A stretch of DNA of 63,958 nt, filler included, from Octopus bimaculoides (taxonomy: Eukaryota): assembly GCF_001194135.2 (NCBI RefSeq). It is 10 parts of 10 records of this genome, joined end to end, with 100 filler letters (N's around TTAATTAATTAA, not from the genome) between each part and the next. Parts side by side here need not be neighbours in the genome. Positions count along the whole stretch, not along the records: positions 46,683 to 48,614 come from NW_026353551.1; positions 48,715 to 49,781 come from NC_069003.1; positions 49,882 to 56,899 come from NC_068999.1; positions 57,000 to 61,296 come from NC_068992.1; 6 more parts are not named here. One strand, written 5' to 3'. Below, one piece after another: positions 48,371-61,396 of this stretch (position 1 is the first letter of the stretch; every line of letters starts with the position of its first letter). The translations under genes were made by a program, and so were the position numbers. Under the pieces are notes generated by a model. That model was not told the origin of the DNA, ran no database searches, and saw only the letters and a program-made list of their open reading frames with translations.

Positions 48371-48614
48371 GTGCAGGAGTGGCTGTGTGGTAAGTAGCTT
48401 GCTTACCAACCACATGGTTCCGGGTTCAGTCCCGCTGCGTGGCAGCTTGGGCAAGTGTCTTCTACTATAGCCTTGGGCCGACCAAAGCCTTGTGAGTGGA
48501 TTTGGTAGACGGAAACTGAAAGAAGCCCATCGTATATATGTATATCTATGTGTGTTTGTGTGTCTGTGTTTGTCCCCCCCAACATCGCTTGACATGCGAT
48601 GCTGGTGTGTTTAT
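48371..48614 (+). mobile_element. SINE family A, well-preserved, truncated by a gap
   Basis: GCAGGAGTGGCTGTGTGGTAAGTAGCTTGCTTACCAACCACATGGTTCCGGGTTCAGTCCC...CTTGGGCAAGTGTCTTCTACTATAGCC. Confidence 0.93.
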
Positions 48615-48844
48615 NNNNNNNNNNNNNNNNNNNNNNNNNNNNNNNNNNNNNNNNNNNNTTAATTAATTAANNNNNNNNNNNNNNNNNNNNNNNNNNNNNN
48701 NNNNNNNNNNNNNNTACATACATATATATATATATATATGTACGTACACACACACACATAAACTTGTAAAACACGCAAGCAAGCAGAAATTGAGAAACAT
48801 CATCAGATAAGTAGATTGCTGGACGGTGAATCAAGATAGATGTA

Positions 48845-48862
48845 CAGAGAGAGAGAGAGAGG

Positions 48863-48945
<83 letters not shown>
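48845..48945. repeat. (AG)n-(AGAC)n-(AGAT)n compound microsatellite
   Basis: Seen directly in sequence. Confidence 0.96.
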
Positions 48946-49193
48946 CTAATGAAAATAAAAATGCTTCCAGACACTCCAGCAATGTGAGAATGGATGCCAT
49001 GTCCTCAGGTTACAAATTCTGCCGTTCCACCTCGCAGACTTAACATTCGAGTTAGGTTTCCTCTGTTTATTGTTTTTGCTGTTTTTGTTGCTCCTGTTAT
49101 TGTGGTTATTTATTTAATATATTGTTATTATTATTATTATTGTTGTTGTTATCGCCATCATCATCATCGTCGTTGTCATCATCATCATCATCA

Positions 49194-49229
<36 letters not shown>

Positions 49230-49664
49230 ATACTACCACCGCACCGATATACAGCATTTACTTAGGTTTCGGATTCCCGTAAATTCTTTTACCATTATTA
49301 CACCTTTCAGAAACCACCTCTTTCCAAGACTAGAGTCCTCCCACAACTACATGTTCGCAATTCCAAGACTTCTGAAATTGATTCCTTGTTGTTATAGTTC
49401 TTATAGTAGAGAGAGTGGTTTATCGGCTCGTCTTCCATAGAGATTCCTCTTTGCTCTCTGCGCATTTTCTCCTCATCAGACGCTGCTTATTTTAAATGGC
49501 ATAATTTGCTCAAGAACAAATTAATAGCAACAATTTAATTAAAAACTATATTTGATCCATTGCATGGCATTTTTTCCTATAACATTTGTAATTACAAAAC
49601 AAAGTCAAAGCCCATCGTGTGTGTGTTTATATATATATATATATGGATCAAAACAGTTTCATTC

Positions 49665-49780
49665 AAATTCGTTGGTAGTCCGAGTTTCAAGGGTGGTGCT
49701 AATCTTCAGCCATTTTGAATTGAAATTCAAAATGGCTGAAGATTAGCATCATGCTTGAAACTCTGAGTACCAACGAATTT
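49665..49780. repeat. 116-nt near-perfect palindrome (56-bp arms, 4-nt loop)
   Basis: The arms match at 51 of 56 positions; the inner 24 bp (TGCTAATCTTCAGCCATTTTGAAT) are perfect. Confidence 0.93.
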
Positions 49781-49881
49781 TNNNNNNNNNNNNNNNNNNN
49801 NNNNNNNNNNNNNNNNNNNNNNNNNTTAATTAATTAANNNNNNNNNNNNNNNNNNNNNNNNNNNNNNNNNNNNNNNNNNNN

Positions 49882-49929
<48 letters not shown>

Positions 49930-50227
49930 CGAAGGCTGCACCGGCAGATAAACTGGTACACATTTTCAACTGAGTAGACCAGAGCACTTTGAAATGATGT
50001 GCCTTGCTGAAAGACACCGCGCTATTCGGTGTGGAATTGATCTCACACCGTAATGATCGTAGGCTCAGCAGCTGCTCACTAGGCCACTTGCTTTGAAAAA
50101 TCTCAACAAAACCCTTCAACATATTTGTATATATGTATGTATATAATTTTGTATATTTGTATGTATTGTGTATGTATTATGTATGTTTATACACATACGC
50201 ACGCACTAATTTTTGCCTATCAAAATA

Positions 50228-50600
50228 CCTTTTATCTTTTGCTTGCTTCAGTCTTTGGACTGCGGCCATGCTGTGGCACCTTCTTGAAGGTTTTAAATTG
50301 AGCAAATCACCCATAGTGCATTGTTTTTAAAATTTAGTTCTTATTCTGTCTTTATTGCCAAACTTCTAATTTCTAATACCGTTAATACAAACGAGCACCA
50401 GTTGTCAAGCGATGAGTAGACAAGTACAAATGCAGACAGACAGACGAACCACACACATATATACCTAGACATATGATACGACAGGAATACCGCATAGTTT
50501 CTCTCTACTAAATTCACTCCCAGTGCATTGTTTGGCCGCACAATAGGATTGAACCCGGAACTACCTTGTTGCAAAGCGTGCTTCTTAACCACACAGCTAT
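50228..50600 (-). mobile_element. SINE family A, diverged
   Basis: TTGGACTGCGGCCATGCTG...CACCAGTTGTCAAGCGATG...CTTCTTAACCACACAGC. Confidence 0.8.
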
Positions 50601-52302
50601 GCTTGCACCGAATTCTATTTTCTTTGAATATTTTTTTATTAACTGTAATTCTTCCATTCAGTTCCGCAAACTCATTCATTGAAATTGTTTCGTTTCAAAA
50701 TAATTTTACACTCATTCATTGATAATTACAGTTTCGATATTAATGAATGTGATTATTCGTCGAAAACTGATTCGTTCAGTGTAAATGTTTCATTCACTAC
50801 ACGCTAATTTCATTCACTAATTTTTTTTTTTTTTTTTTCATTTAATATGATCATTTAATTCTTTCATAACCACTAATTTCTTCACTGTAATTGTAAATCT
50901 CCTTCAATGAGGCACTCTCAGTGATGTATCATGTGTGGAAATCCTAATTAATTTTGGTCATCATCAGCATTATATCTGCTAATTGGATGTAATTGTATGT
51001 TTGGCGAGATTCCGATCGATCAATGCAAAGATATGAAAGAAACGTTATTGATATAATAACATTAACATGGATAACAACAGTAGTAAAAACAAATGATGGC
51101 GATAACTAAACAACAACAACGATGACAACAACAACAACAACAATAACGATGATGACAATGACAGCAATATCAACAACAACAACAGAGGTTTAGACAGCAG
51201 AAGCAAGAGCGAAATGGATGTGTCTTCAATTGACGCAACAGTAACTTTGACAGCTATGCGACCATAACAATCAATCGCAAGTGACTATGATTTCGCCAAT
51301 TGGTTTTTAGATGCCTATGTAGTCACGAGCACATATAGACACCTGTTTGAGTTCCCTCATCCACTGACCCAGCTGAATATTGTGGGTGGTGGCAGCTGGA
51401 GCTGGAGCTGGAGAGGGCTGTACCAGCACTAACTTGGTGCTCGTTCTCAGCTGAAGAGACTGGAGCGACGTGAAACAAAATCGTCATGCTTAAGAATAGA
51501 ACGTGCCACCCGTTTCAGGAATTGAATACAAAAACCTCGTGATAGTGAGCCTATCACCCTCACCACAGCTAAGTATTTGACCACATAAGTATCATGACTA
51601 ATGATGTGTAAGTAGCCTTGAAACAAACATACTTAGAATTTGTGTTTTTCCTTTTATTTAATAGCAGTATATGAGACAATAGTTATACTAAATACGGCGC
51701 ATATGGCTATATCCGCACATCAATCCTCGCGATATAAAAACTTGTTTGTGTTTTTTAAATCGATGCAAGAGAGATGAATGTCTTTTCATGGCGTCAGTAT
51801 CCAGTGATTTCTATACACATCCCCGGTCCTATCTCATGAAACATAAGATTGAGTAACGTTAATATAGATACTATACCATCAATAGTGAGGTCTAGAAAAG
51901 GATGTGCTGCTTTAATTATAAAAGAAACTAAAGAACTATCAACTAGATTCTAATATCGCAATAGCGGGTCATTTTCTTATTCCCTAACAAAATTTATCTA
52001 CACATTCTCTAATCATGATCAATGTTATTAATTTGTTAATGAAATGACTTAACATCTTATAAAATATACAAACCAATGAACAACAAAACAATGTGCAGAA
52101 ATAACGAGGTCCTCTTGTTGAAAATGGTGGTTCACTGTATTGTCGTGATGTTTGCTGATTAACTAAAGGGCGCATGCTCAAGGGCTTCCAAGATCTGAAA
52201 AATGTAATGAAGCACCTTGTAGATATCAAAAGCATTCGCGTTATGGAATATTGACCAAAATGGTTGTGATTTGGAAAATGGGGGCCGAGATTACTCTTTT
52301 TT

Positions 52303-52834
52303 TTTTACTCTTTTACTTGCTTCAGTCATTTGACTGTGGCCATGCTGGGGCACCGCCTTTTAGTCGAGTAAATCGACACCAGGACTTATTCTTTGTAAGC
52401 CTAATACTTATTCTATCGGGCACTTTGCTGAACCGCTAAGTTACGGGGACGTAAACACACCAGCATCGGTTGTCAAGCGATGTTTGGGGGAGGGGCAAAC
52501 ACAGACACACACACACACACACACACACANNNNNNNNNNNNNNNNNNNNNNNNNNNNNNNNNNNNNNNNNNNNNNNNNNNNNNNNNNNNNNNNNNNNNNN
52601 NNNNNNNNNNNNNNNNNNNNNNNNNNNNNNNNNNNNNNNNNNNNNNNATATATATATATATATATATATACGACGGGCTTCTTTCAGTTTCCGTCTACCA
52701 AATCCACTCACAAGGCTTTGGTCGGCCCGAGACTATAGTAGAAGACACTTGCCCAAGGTGCCACGCAGTGGGAATGAACCCGGAACCATGTGGTAAATAA
52801 GCAAGCTAATTACCACACAGCCACTCCTACGCCT
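52303..52834 (-). mobile_element. SINE family A, full-length, with a gap in the internal microsatellite
   Basis: Both conserved halves flank (CA)n-NNN-(TA)n. Confidence 0.92.
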
Positions 52835-52989
52835 ATACGATTGTTAGAAATATAAATTAGAAATATTTGGAATGTTGAATCAATGTGAAATTTGGTCATG
52901 ACTCAATTGAAAAAAAAAATGTGCTGCTCTGGAGATTTCCCTGAACTGAGAAAAAGAAAGCGTATCGGTTGTGATCTATGTTAAAATGT

Positions 52990-53690
52990 GTGTGTATGTT
53001 TTGATATTTTGAGACAGTATTTCAAGAGCGATGTACAAGATCATGAGTGCAAACTACGAATATACCAAACTCTTTTTGATGTGATTTCGGTTGCAGCACC
53101 GAATTCCATTTTTGCAACACGAGTTGCTTCGTCAATAAATGAACAATATTTTGGTCGTGTCGTACCGTATTTAGCCAAATAAAGCTATAGTTGCAAGTAA
53201 TTCTTTGCATTCAGAAGCTTTATTCAGCTGAATAACTAAGCTTTGACATCGATCTGGTAGCAACTTGAAATAGTCATAATCAGCTTGTAAAATGCATGAT
53301 ACCAACATTAGCATGACAATAACATCATATCTTCCGGAAACGAATTTGCTATTCGAGAAATGCGTCGAACAATATTTGCAATGTTTGATTCCGTATCAGT
53401 TGTCAAATCCCAATATTTATCATTAGAACCTGGGATATCATTCAAAACTTGATTGATTGATTCGGCATTTTGTTTACTTTTCATATTTGTTTATTTCATT
53501 TTCTTGTGCTAATATACCCTGTTCACCTGCAATAATTTTACAGCAGTATTTTCACCTGCTTGATCTACGAATTTACTTTGTTGTTCATCACATTCTTTGG
53601 AATCGATTCCAAACTAGAACTGCTGTTGCAGCTGCAGTTGCGTATGATTTTTGTTACTGATGTTAGCATTTGTCTGTCCATCAAAGGAAA
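52990..53690 (-). pseudogene. Highly decayed hAT/ZBED-like transposase remnant
   Basis: Minus-strand pieces occur in the expected order: AGENTAVKLLQV, AESINQVLND...DLTTDTESNI and KQLVLQKWNS, resembling TGENIA, TTDN.SN and Q...TRWNS. Multiple stops and frameshifts. Confidence 0.4.
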
Positions 53691-54159
53691 TATACTTTTC
53701 CTGACTGTGAAATTATTCAATAGCTAAAAATAAAAAATAAAATAAAAATCATGCTATTCGAATATGCGTTGCTAGAACTTATACTTGGGGGGAAGGAATA
53801 TGCTTTTAAAGCCATTATGACCATTCTTTCGGCAATTTCGTTTGATTTTGTATGATATGAAGGCGTTCCCATAAGTTTACATCTATAATTGTGAAGTCAT
53901 GTACACAAATCATTAGCATGAAATTCATAGGAATTCTCCACTATGCTTCTAATTTCAAACAATTCTTGAAACAGTGCAGCCACAATTTACTTCATCATAA
54001 TAGCTTTAATTATTAACGTTTTCAAACAGATTGGTACAATAATTAAATCTCCAATCCATTATACAAAACATTATTTTCAACTGCTAACCTATTTTTCAAT
54101 GACTTAAACGACCTTTCAATAACTGAACAATTGCTCCGTTTGTTAAAAATGCCGACAGT

Positions 54160-54366
54160 GAGCAGGCAGAATAGTTAGCACACCGGAAAAAATACTTAAC
54201 GGCATTTTTGTCTTCACGCTCCGAGTTCAAATTCCACCGCGGTCGATTTCACATTTCATCATTCCGGAGTCAACAAAGTAAGTACCAGCTGAGCACTGAG
54301 GTCGAGGTAATCGACTTACTCCCTCCTCCGAAATTGCTGCCTTGTGCAAAAATTTAAAACCAATAT
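54160..54366 (+). mobile_element. SINE family B copy
   Basis: GAGCAGGCAGAATAGTTAGCAC...GAGTTCAAATTCCACCGCGGTCGATTTC...AAGTACCAGCTGAGCACTG. Confidence 0.85.
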
Positions 54367-55320
54367 TTGTATATCTTGCTTCATTCAGCTGTGGTTAATG
54401 TTCTTGTGAAATATGGTGAATATGTTGTATAAATCTTTTCTCCTATCATAAATTCCTTTGCTTCAGAAAACGATTTTGATAGCATATAATTCACAAAAAT
54501 ATTATTTCAAGTCCCATATGTTAATTCTGCGTCTACGTTCACTTTTTCGTGTATATGCGCTACTGATATTCGGGTTCGTCACATATGCCCTTGCATCTTT
54601 TATGCCATCAAATACAGTATATCGCTCTTTTGAACTAATTTAACAAAATAACACTATCTAACACGATTTTTGTCCTAAGGTTGCAACTCTTATTTCCTAT
54701 TTTCTTACCCCTAGAAAGTATGAAAAAATGGCTAATATTTCCTTCCAAATTTAATTTTGTTACATTTATTTAAATCCCAGAGAATCCATCTCATCACATG
54801 GCTATGATGTTCAGGTCACAAAAGCAAAGTTTGAAGGGAATAATACTTATTTCTTTTGATTTCTAGTTGGAAGCAAAAGAAAATAACACAGACCGAAGGC
54901 AAAAAAAAAAAGAAAAAAAAAGAAAAGAAAAATACTCTGTGTAATTCTTAAGAGTAAATAAATACTTTAGTTTGCCCCATGGTATACTCCCGAGATCACT
55001 ACAGGCCTTTGCGCAATTCTTAAAGGAGGACTTCATTTACTTCATCCGAAAGAGACTTCTTTTAAAAGATCTTTCTAATTAATTTTCTCAACTTCTCTGT
55101 GGTTAATGGTTTAATCTGTATCGGTAATGTTCTTGTTTTGACATGACATTCTCTAATATTTTCTGAAAACACCGTAATCACCTAAATTGCCAACACCATC
55201 AATTAGAAGAACTCCAAGTTCATAAATTAAAATTAATATATTGATTTACTAGTATTCATAGCATCCATACCGAACGAGCCATGACCTTCCTTAAATTTAT
55301 CAACAACGATATTTTTATAT

Positions 55321-55878
55321 AGGCGCAGGAGTGGCTGTGTGGTAAGTAGCTTGCTTACCAACCACATGGCACCTTGGGCAGGTGTCTTCTACTATAGCTT
55401 CGGGCCGGCCAAAGCCTTGTGAGTGGATTTGGTAGACGGAAATTGAAAGAAGCGGGTCGCATATATATATGTATATATGTATATATATATANNNNNNNNN
55501 NNNNNNNNNNNNNNNNNNNNNNNNNNNNNNNNNNNNNNNNNNNNNNNNNNNNNNNNNNNNNNNNNNNNNNNNNNNNNNNNNNNNNNNNNNNNNNNNNNNN
55601 NNNNNNNNNNNNNNNNNNNNNNNNNNNNNNNNNNNNNNNNNNNNNNNNNNNNNNNNNNNNNNNNNNNNNNNNNNNNNNNNNNNNNNNNNNNNNNNNNNNN
55701 NNTCGCTTGACAACCGATGCTGGTGTGTTTACGTCCCCGTAACTTAGCGGTTCGGCAAAAAGAGACCGATAGAATAAGTACTCGGCTTTCACAAAATAAG
55801 TCCTGGGGACCATTTGCTCGACTAAAGGCGGTGCTCCAGCATGGCCGCAATCAAATGAGTGAAACAAGTAAAAGAGTA
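55321..55878 (+). mobile_element. SINE family A, full-length, with a gap in the internal microsatellite
   Basis: Head GCAGGAGTGGCTGTGTGG and tail CCAGCATGGCCGCAATCAAATGAGTGAAACAAGTAAAAGAGTA. Confidence 0.92.
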
Positions 55879-56867
55879 ACGATCTTCACAATTCCTATCC
55901 TCTTTATGTCCATTAATGCATGAAACTTTCCTCAAAATACAAGAAGTGATACATCGAATTGCTTTAGTTTCTAATAAAAATTTTCTTAAGTTTCGTTCAT
56001 AGCAATTCACCCAAAATTTTTGAGGTACCACATCAACCTGACTGTTCGTGTCATCTTACCATTACTGAGCTTCATATTGATTAACAACGTAAAGTCTTTA
56101 GACTAATTCCATAAATACCAGTAGAATTCTCGTTTATTCTTTTACCTGTTTCAGTCCACAAACTGTGGCCTTGTCGTGGCAGCACCAATTTCTTCAATCT
56201 TCTATTCGCTTTTTTCTTTGTAGATCTCCATACTCTCTGACAGTGGTTCTTTTCTCCCACGTTTATTATTTATGCGCGTTTTACCAAATGCAGGACATTT
56301 TGAGGGTGCATGTTTACACGCAGAAAAAAAGCAGTGCTTAAAATTAAAATTTTATACGTTTATTTTATCAACGTATGTCACTGTGACAACACCCAAATCA
56401 TCTTTACCATTTATTTTATTATATTTCGCTTCAATCATTTGAAATTTAAAAACCATTTTAAGCATTTGAATATATTCAATAAACGCATTAAGCAGCAGAA
56501 CACACGACAGAAAATGTTTTAGTGCATTCACATGATGCTCAAATAATTGCACTCTATCTATGAATTTCATTTATATCACACCATCTGCACTTTATCGTTT
56601 AGTTATTATCTTCTTCTTCCTTTTCTTTTATTCAAATTCACAATAAAACGAATTGCTGACTCGTATAAGCTTTGTGGATAACTTTGGATTGATTGAATCA
56701 GATTTTGATGATTTCAGTCACAAGACGACAGTTTTCACAGTTACCAATTTCTTTTGGGAGACGAACTGTTGGCATTATCACAGATATTGTAATTCTAAAA
56801 TGCTTTTTCTTCAGATTCCAGGCGTTCCTCAATTACAGAAACTATTCGTACGGTAGTCACAACCATT

Positions 56868-56898
<31 letters not shown>

Positions 56899-57282
56899 AN
56901 NNNNNNNNNNNNNNNNNNNNNNNNNNNNNNNNNNNNNNNNNNNTTAATTAATTAANNNNNNNNNNNNNNNNNNNNNNNNNNNNNNNNNNNNNNNNNNNNA
57001 TTCTCAAGCTCTATTGGGTGCAAAGTCATTGAGTTGTTTACTTAGCAAATGAGATTGATGGAAATTCGTTTCTCCATAAGAAACTTAACGCTGGAAGAAA
57101 AAAAGAAGGGATTAAATTCTAGATAGGCACATTAGCATTAAAAGTATTAATCGCTTTATATATATATATATACTCACATATATATATAATTTATGAATAT
57201 AAATATGTATATACATCAGAATATATGAATATATGTGTACATAAATATATAGTATGATATTATGTATATATATGCAAATATG

Positions 57283-57322
<40 letters not shown>

Positions 57323-57433
57323 TATTTACACACACACATATCCGCTCTGTGTATTAAGTGCATTAAGTGCAAATGTCTATCTCACTCGTTAAAACATTCT
57401 CAAGTTTCTTTTTACCCTTTTACCCACATAGTA

Positions 57434-57436
<3 letters not shown>

Positions 57437-57509
<73 letters not shown>

Positions 57510-57520
57510 ATATATATATT
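57437..57520. repeat. (TCTA)n-(TA)n microsatellite
   Basis: Seen directly in sequence. Confidence 0.97.
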
Positions 57521-58554
57521 ATATGACACGATGGTCATTGCTAGAAAACCTTGATGATAAGTTTGGGTGGTCAATGCTATTAATCTGAAGTAACCCAACA
57601 ACAACAATAACAACAGTATCAAAGTAGTTTGTTTGTCATTACTTGTCTTGGTAGAAATAATCAAAAATTTCCCTCAAATTATACCTGAAAATAAATGACG
57701 GGATGTTCATAGTTGGATTGCTTTTGATAATAAATCTGATCGCTCATAGTCGTCTTAAAGGAGAAGCAGTACTCCTATGAGTATAACAGCAAGATTAACA
57801 TATTTGTGATCGAATCTGAAGATAATATAAGATTAAATATGTAAATCATCGTACTTTAATATCTGCTTGAAATTACTTGGTGAGAAAAATCTTCATTTCT
57901 GCGCACACACAATCATACACGGACAAACAGTCACAAAACCGCAAACACAGACACACAGAAGCACATACAGTCACACATATGCACACATGCATACAAAATT
58001 GTTACTAAAACATTTTCTAAAATGTGAAGAATTCAGGTACGTATTTATAATATAATGAACTGTTTCAATAGTTTTGGGTCCTTCTGGCAATAAGTGCTGC
58101 TGCTACTGCTGCCAGGAATGTATTTGGCGATGCTGTGAATGTATAAATTCTTCAATGACATTTGTTGTCAGTGGGTAAGCAATTGCTATTGAATGCTTAA
58201 CTTAATAGAAAGCTCTTCCTATGAATATTCCGAACTGCAAAAATAATATATTACTTATACGTATTCTAAAACACCCAATCGATATTTCGCTCTCTGTTCA
58301 GCGTTATTGCTAATGTAAAGTTGGTGATTGAATTTGTAGCTATGTACTTTAATATACATCGGTGAGTTCTATGTCAATAGCGGGGATGTTTATTTAATGC
58401 CACTTCAATACCGTTCAGTTGTCACAACTCCGTGATGGATCCTCCGTCGGTTATGACGATGATGAATATTGAGGTTGTTCGATCAAATCAACTGAACTAT
58501 CAGACACGTTAACCCTTTAGCATTTAAACCGGTAATAGCTCTTACAGATGAAAG

Positions 58555-58870
58555 GATTCTCATGTTTGATCAACCGAATAACCTGCTCATTGAATTTGTA
58601 TGCGAGTGGCTGAGTATTACACTGGCACGTATGTCCTTACCGTTGATTCTCCTGCCTGAACAACGTGACATGATATGTGACAAGGCGGTGCTTTTGAATT
58701 ACCGTTGCAGTTTATTCGATCATCCTCTGTCTACCCAATTTCACTCAGAAGGCTTAGCTTCACCTGAAACAATGTTAAAAGGCACTTGCGCTAGACGTCG
58801 CGCTGTTAGGTCGAACTCGGGATCTCGTGATTGCAGTGATGCACACTTCTTAGTCATGCGCCCATGCTGC
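58555..58870 (-). mobile_element. Old SINE with a 3' half related to family C
   Basis: The minus strand reads GCCTTGTCACA..ATGTCACG...ACTCAGCCACTCGCA...GAGCAGG...GTTGATC, matching the 3' half of 47014-47394. A tRNA-like head lies near 58870. Confidence 0.65.
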
Positions 58871-59058
58871 GTCCACGGTTGTATTTTCTTTTTGGAAAGT
58901 GACCTTGCCAAATGGCAGTTCAGTTAACTGCCGTACCGTCTATGTACACAAAAGCGGATGTCTCGAACTCTGCACCAATCTGTCCATTCACTGAGAAAAA
59001 CTTCAGAATAAATATAATAAAAGCAACAGAGTATATCATTCTAATATATGGATTAAGC

Positions 59059-59315
59059 AAAGGCAGCGAGCTGGCACAATCGCCAGCACGCCGTCTTTAC
59101 GTTCTAAATTCAAATTCCGTCGTCTTAACGTTGTAAATTCCATCCTTTCGGGGTCGCTAAAATAAGTCCCAGTTGAGCAATGGGGTCGCTAAAATAAGTC
59201 CCAGTTGAGCACTGGGGTCGCTAAAATAAGTACCAGTTGAGCACTGTGGTCGATGTAAACTACTTAACCCCTCTCCCGAAATTGCTGGCCTTGTGCCAAA
59301 AATCGAAACCAATAT
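59059..59315 (+). mobile_element. SINE family B copy with an internal 32-bp triplication (59150-59245)
   Basis: Three units of GGGGTCGCTAAAATAAGT(C/A)CCAGTTGAGCA(A/C)T. Confidence 0.9.
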
Positions 59316-60211
59316 AGGAATTAAACTCTTTTATTTTAAGTATGTTGCAGTTTGCTTCAAGCATTGTAATTTAAGAAAAGCGAGTTTGATGGAAGGCTTC
59401 GTATGATGCGAAATAATATATAATTTAATAATTCCTAACATTTCGGGTTAGATAGACACCGATAGAGGGAAACAGTTAAAAATATCAGTGACTTGTCATT
59501 CATCGCTATTGAACTTGACACAAAGTATTGAGGGACAGCAGAGACGAGACGGCGGACAGAGAGCACAGCAACTATGGGAGAAGACCAACAGAGATGGTGG
59601 ACAGCAGCTGACCCGAGCTGACAACAAAGGTAATGGTCAGTCGAAAGACAAAATACATTAGAAGTCAGTAGCACTGCAAGCAGTTAACCATACACTGAAT
59701 GCAGCTACAATTGCTTCAAGAGTAATAGCATCCAAACTCTCTCGATATTTTGTCGTTCGTAATAATGGCAGCATTTGCTTCTTTTTTTTTGTTTATAGAA
59801 AGAATATTTTGTTAATCATAAATCTCAACAAATTCAGTGTTCTTCCTACAGATAAAATAAAGTAAATTTCTGGTACCACATATTGTCTCTCTCGCAAAAG
59901 AAAGCAACAACCAATGAACGAACAGCTTACAATAATATTTAGGTTTATCGTCCTACTTTTTTTTATTTTGAAATCTTGTATTTCGTTTTTCCAGTGTCTG
60001 AACACTAACTACACGTCAATGTACTATGCACTCTGCTTAATGCATTGTTCACATGTCTCTAACCAAACTATACCAGTTAAACAGCTAACATACAGGGAAC
60101 TGTTGAGCAAGAAGATGTTTACTCTTGGCTTGTTGTCAAGTGGCAGATGTTGTCTAGTCCAAGTAAAATCTATCCCAGTCCAGCTTTTTAATTTCGTTAA
60201 TGATTCTTTCT

Positions 60212-60420
60212 TATTTTGGCTCAGGGCCAGCCATTTTGAAGGGAGAGAAAGTCGATTACATCGCCCCAGTGTTCAATTGGTATTAATTTTATCGAACCCC
60301 TAAGGGGTTAAAGGCAAAGTCCTCCTCGGCGGCATTTGGCCTCAGAACGTAAAGAGTCAGAAGAAATGTTGCCAGGTATTTTGTCCGGCGTGCTAACGAT
60401 TCTGCCAGCTAGTCACCTTT
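60212..60420 (-). mobile_element. SINE family B copy
   Basis: Reverse complement of the B consensus, ending GTGCTAACGATTCTGCCAGCT. Confidence 0.85.
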
Positions 60421-60887
60421 TTATTTTGAGTAGTAATGTAACCTAACAAGACAACATTGTTCAATATGACCTTTTTACAAAAAAGATAGGCTGTAGCTTT
60501 GGAGGAAGCTTGGCTATTACCTCTAGCATGTTGACTGACTATCTTTTTACTTTCACCTTCAACCCCGATTGAAATATTTAGTTTGAATATACAACATTCG
60601 ACAAAACATTAACGCTGCGTCTTCGAATTTCCATCCATTAAAAGATAATGCTTTTAGTATATAGTAAAACCCAACCAATATTTAAACAAACTGCACCTAA
60701 AGACGATTTTTCTAAAATATTTCATCATTGTAAGCTGTTGGTTAATTGGCCGTTTATTTTGTCTTGCCAGGCATCGAATTATTTTCCGTTAGTGAAGTAA
60801 ATTTAAATTGTTTGGAAAGAAGTATACCATTTAATCTTGATGCATTTATTTAATTTAAATTTCTCTTCAACTATAAAGTCCTTAATT

Positions 60888-61100
60888 TTGGTTTCAAATT
60901 TTGTCACATGACCAGCAATTCCAGGGAGGGGTTAAGTCGATTACTTCGACGCCAGTGCACAACTGGTACTTATTTAATCGACCTCGAAAGAATGAAAGGC
61001 AAAGTCGACCCCGGCGATATTCGACCCCATAACTTAAAAAGTGACGGAATACCGCTTGGCATTTTGTCCGGCAGGCTAAGGATTCTTTCAATTTGCCGCT
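60888..61100 (-). mobile_element. SINE family B copy
   Basis: TTGGTTTCAAATTTTG...GGTACTTATTTAATCGACC...AAAGGCAAAGTCGACC. Confidence 0.85.
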
Positions 61101-61212
61101 TTATAAAGTCCTTAATATTTGTATATAGCAATTAATTCGATCTGGTTGAATTTTTTTTAGTATCTAAGCATTAATTAATTATATCATATCTCATTTTGGA
61201 AGGGTAGAGAGT

Positions 61213-61252
<40 letters not shown>

Positions 61253-61396
61253 ATGAGAGAGAGAGAGAGAAAGAAAATAGTGAGGGAGAGAGAAAGNNNN
61301 NNNNNNNNNNNNNNNNNNNNNNNNNNNNNNNNNNNNNNNNTTAATTAATTAANNNNNNNNNNNNNNNNNNNNNNNNNNNNNNNNNNNNNNNNNNNN

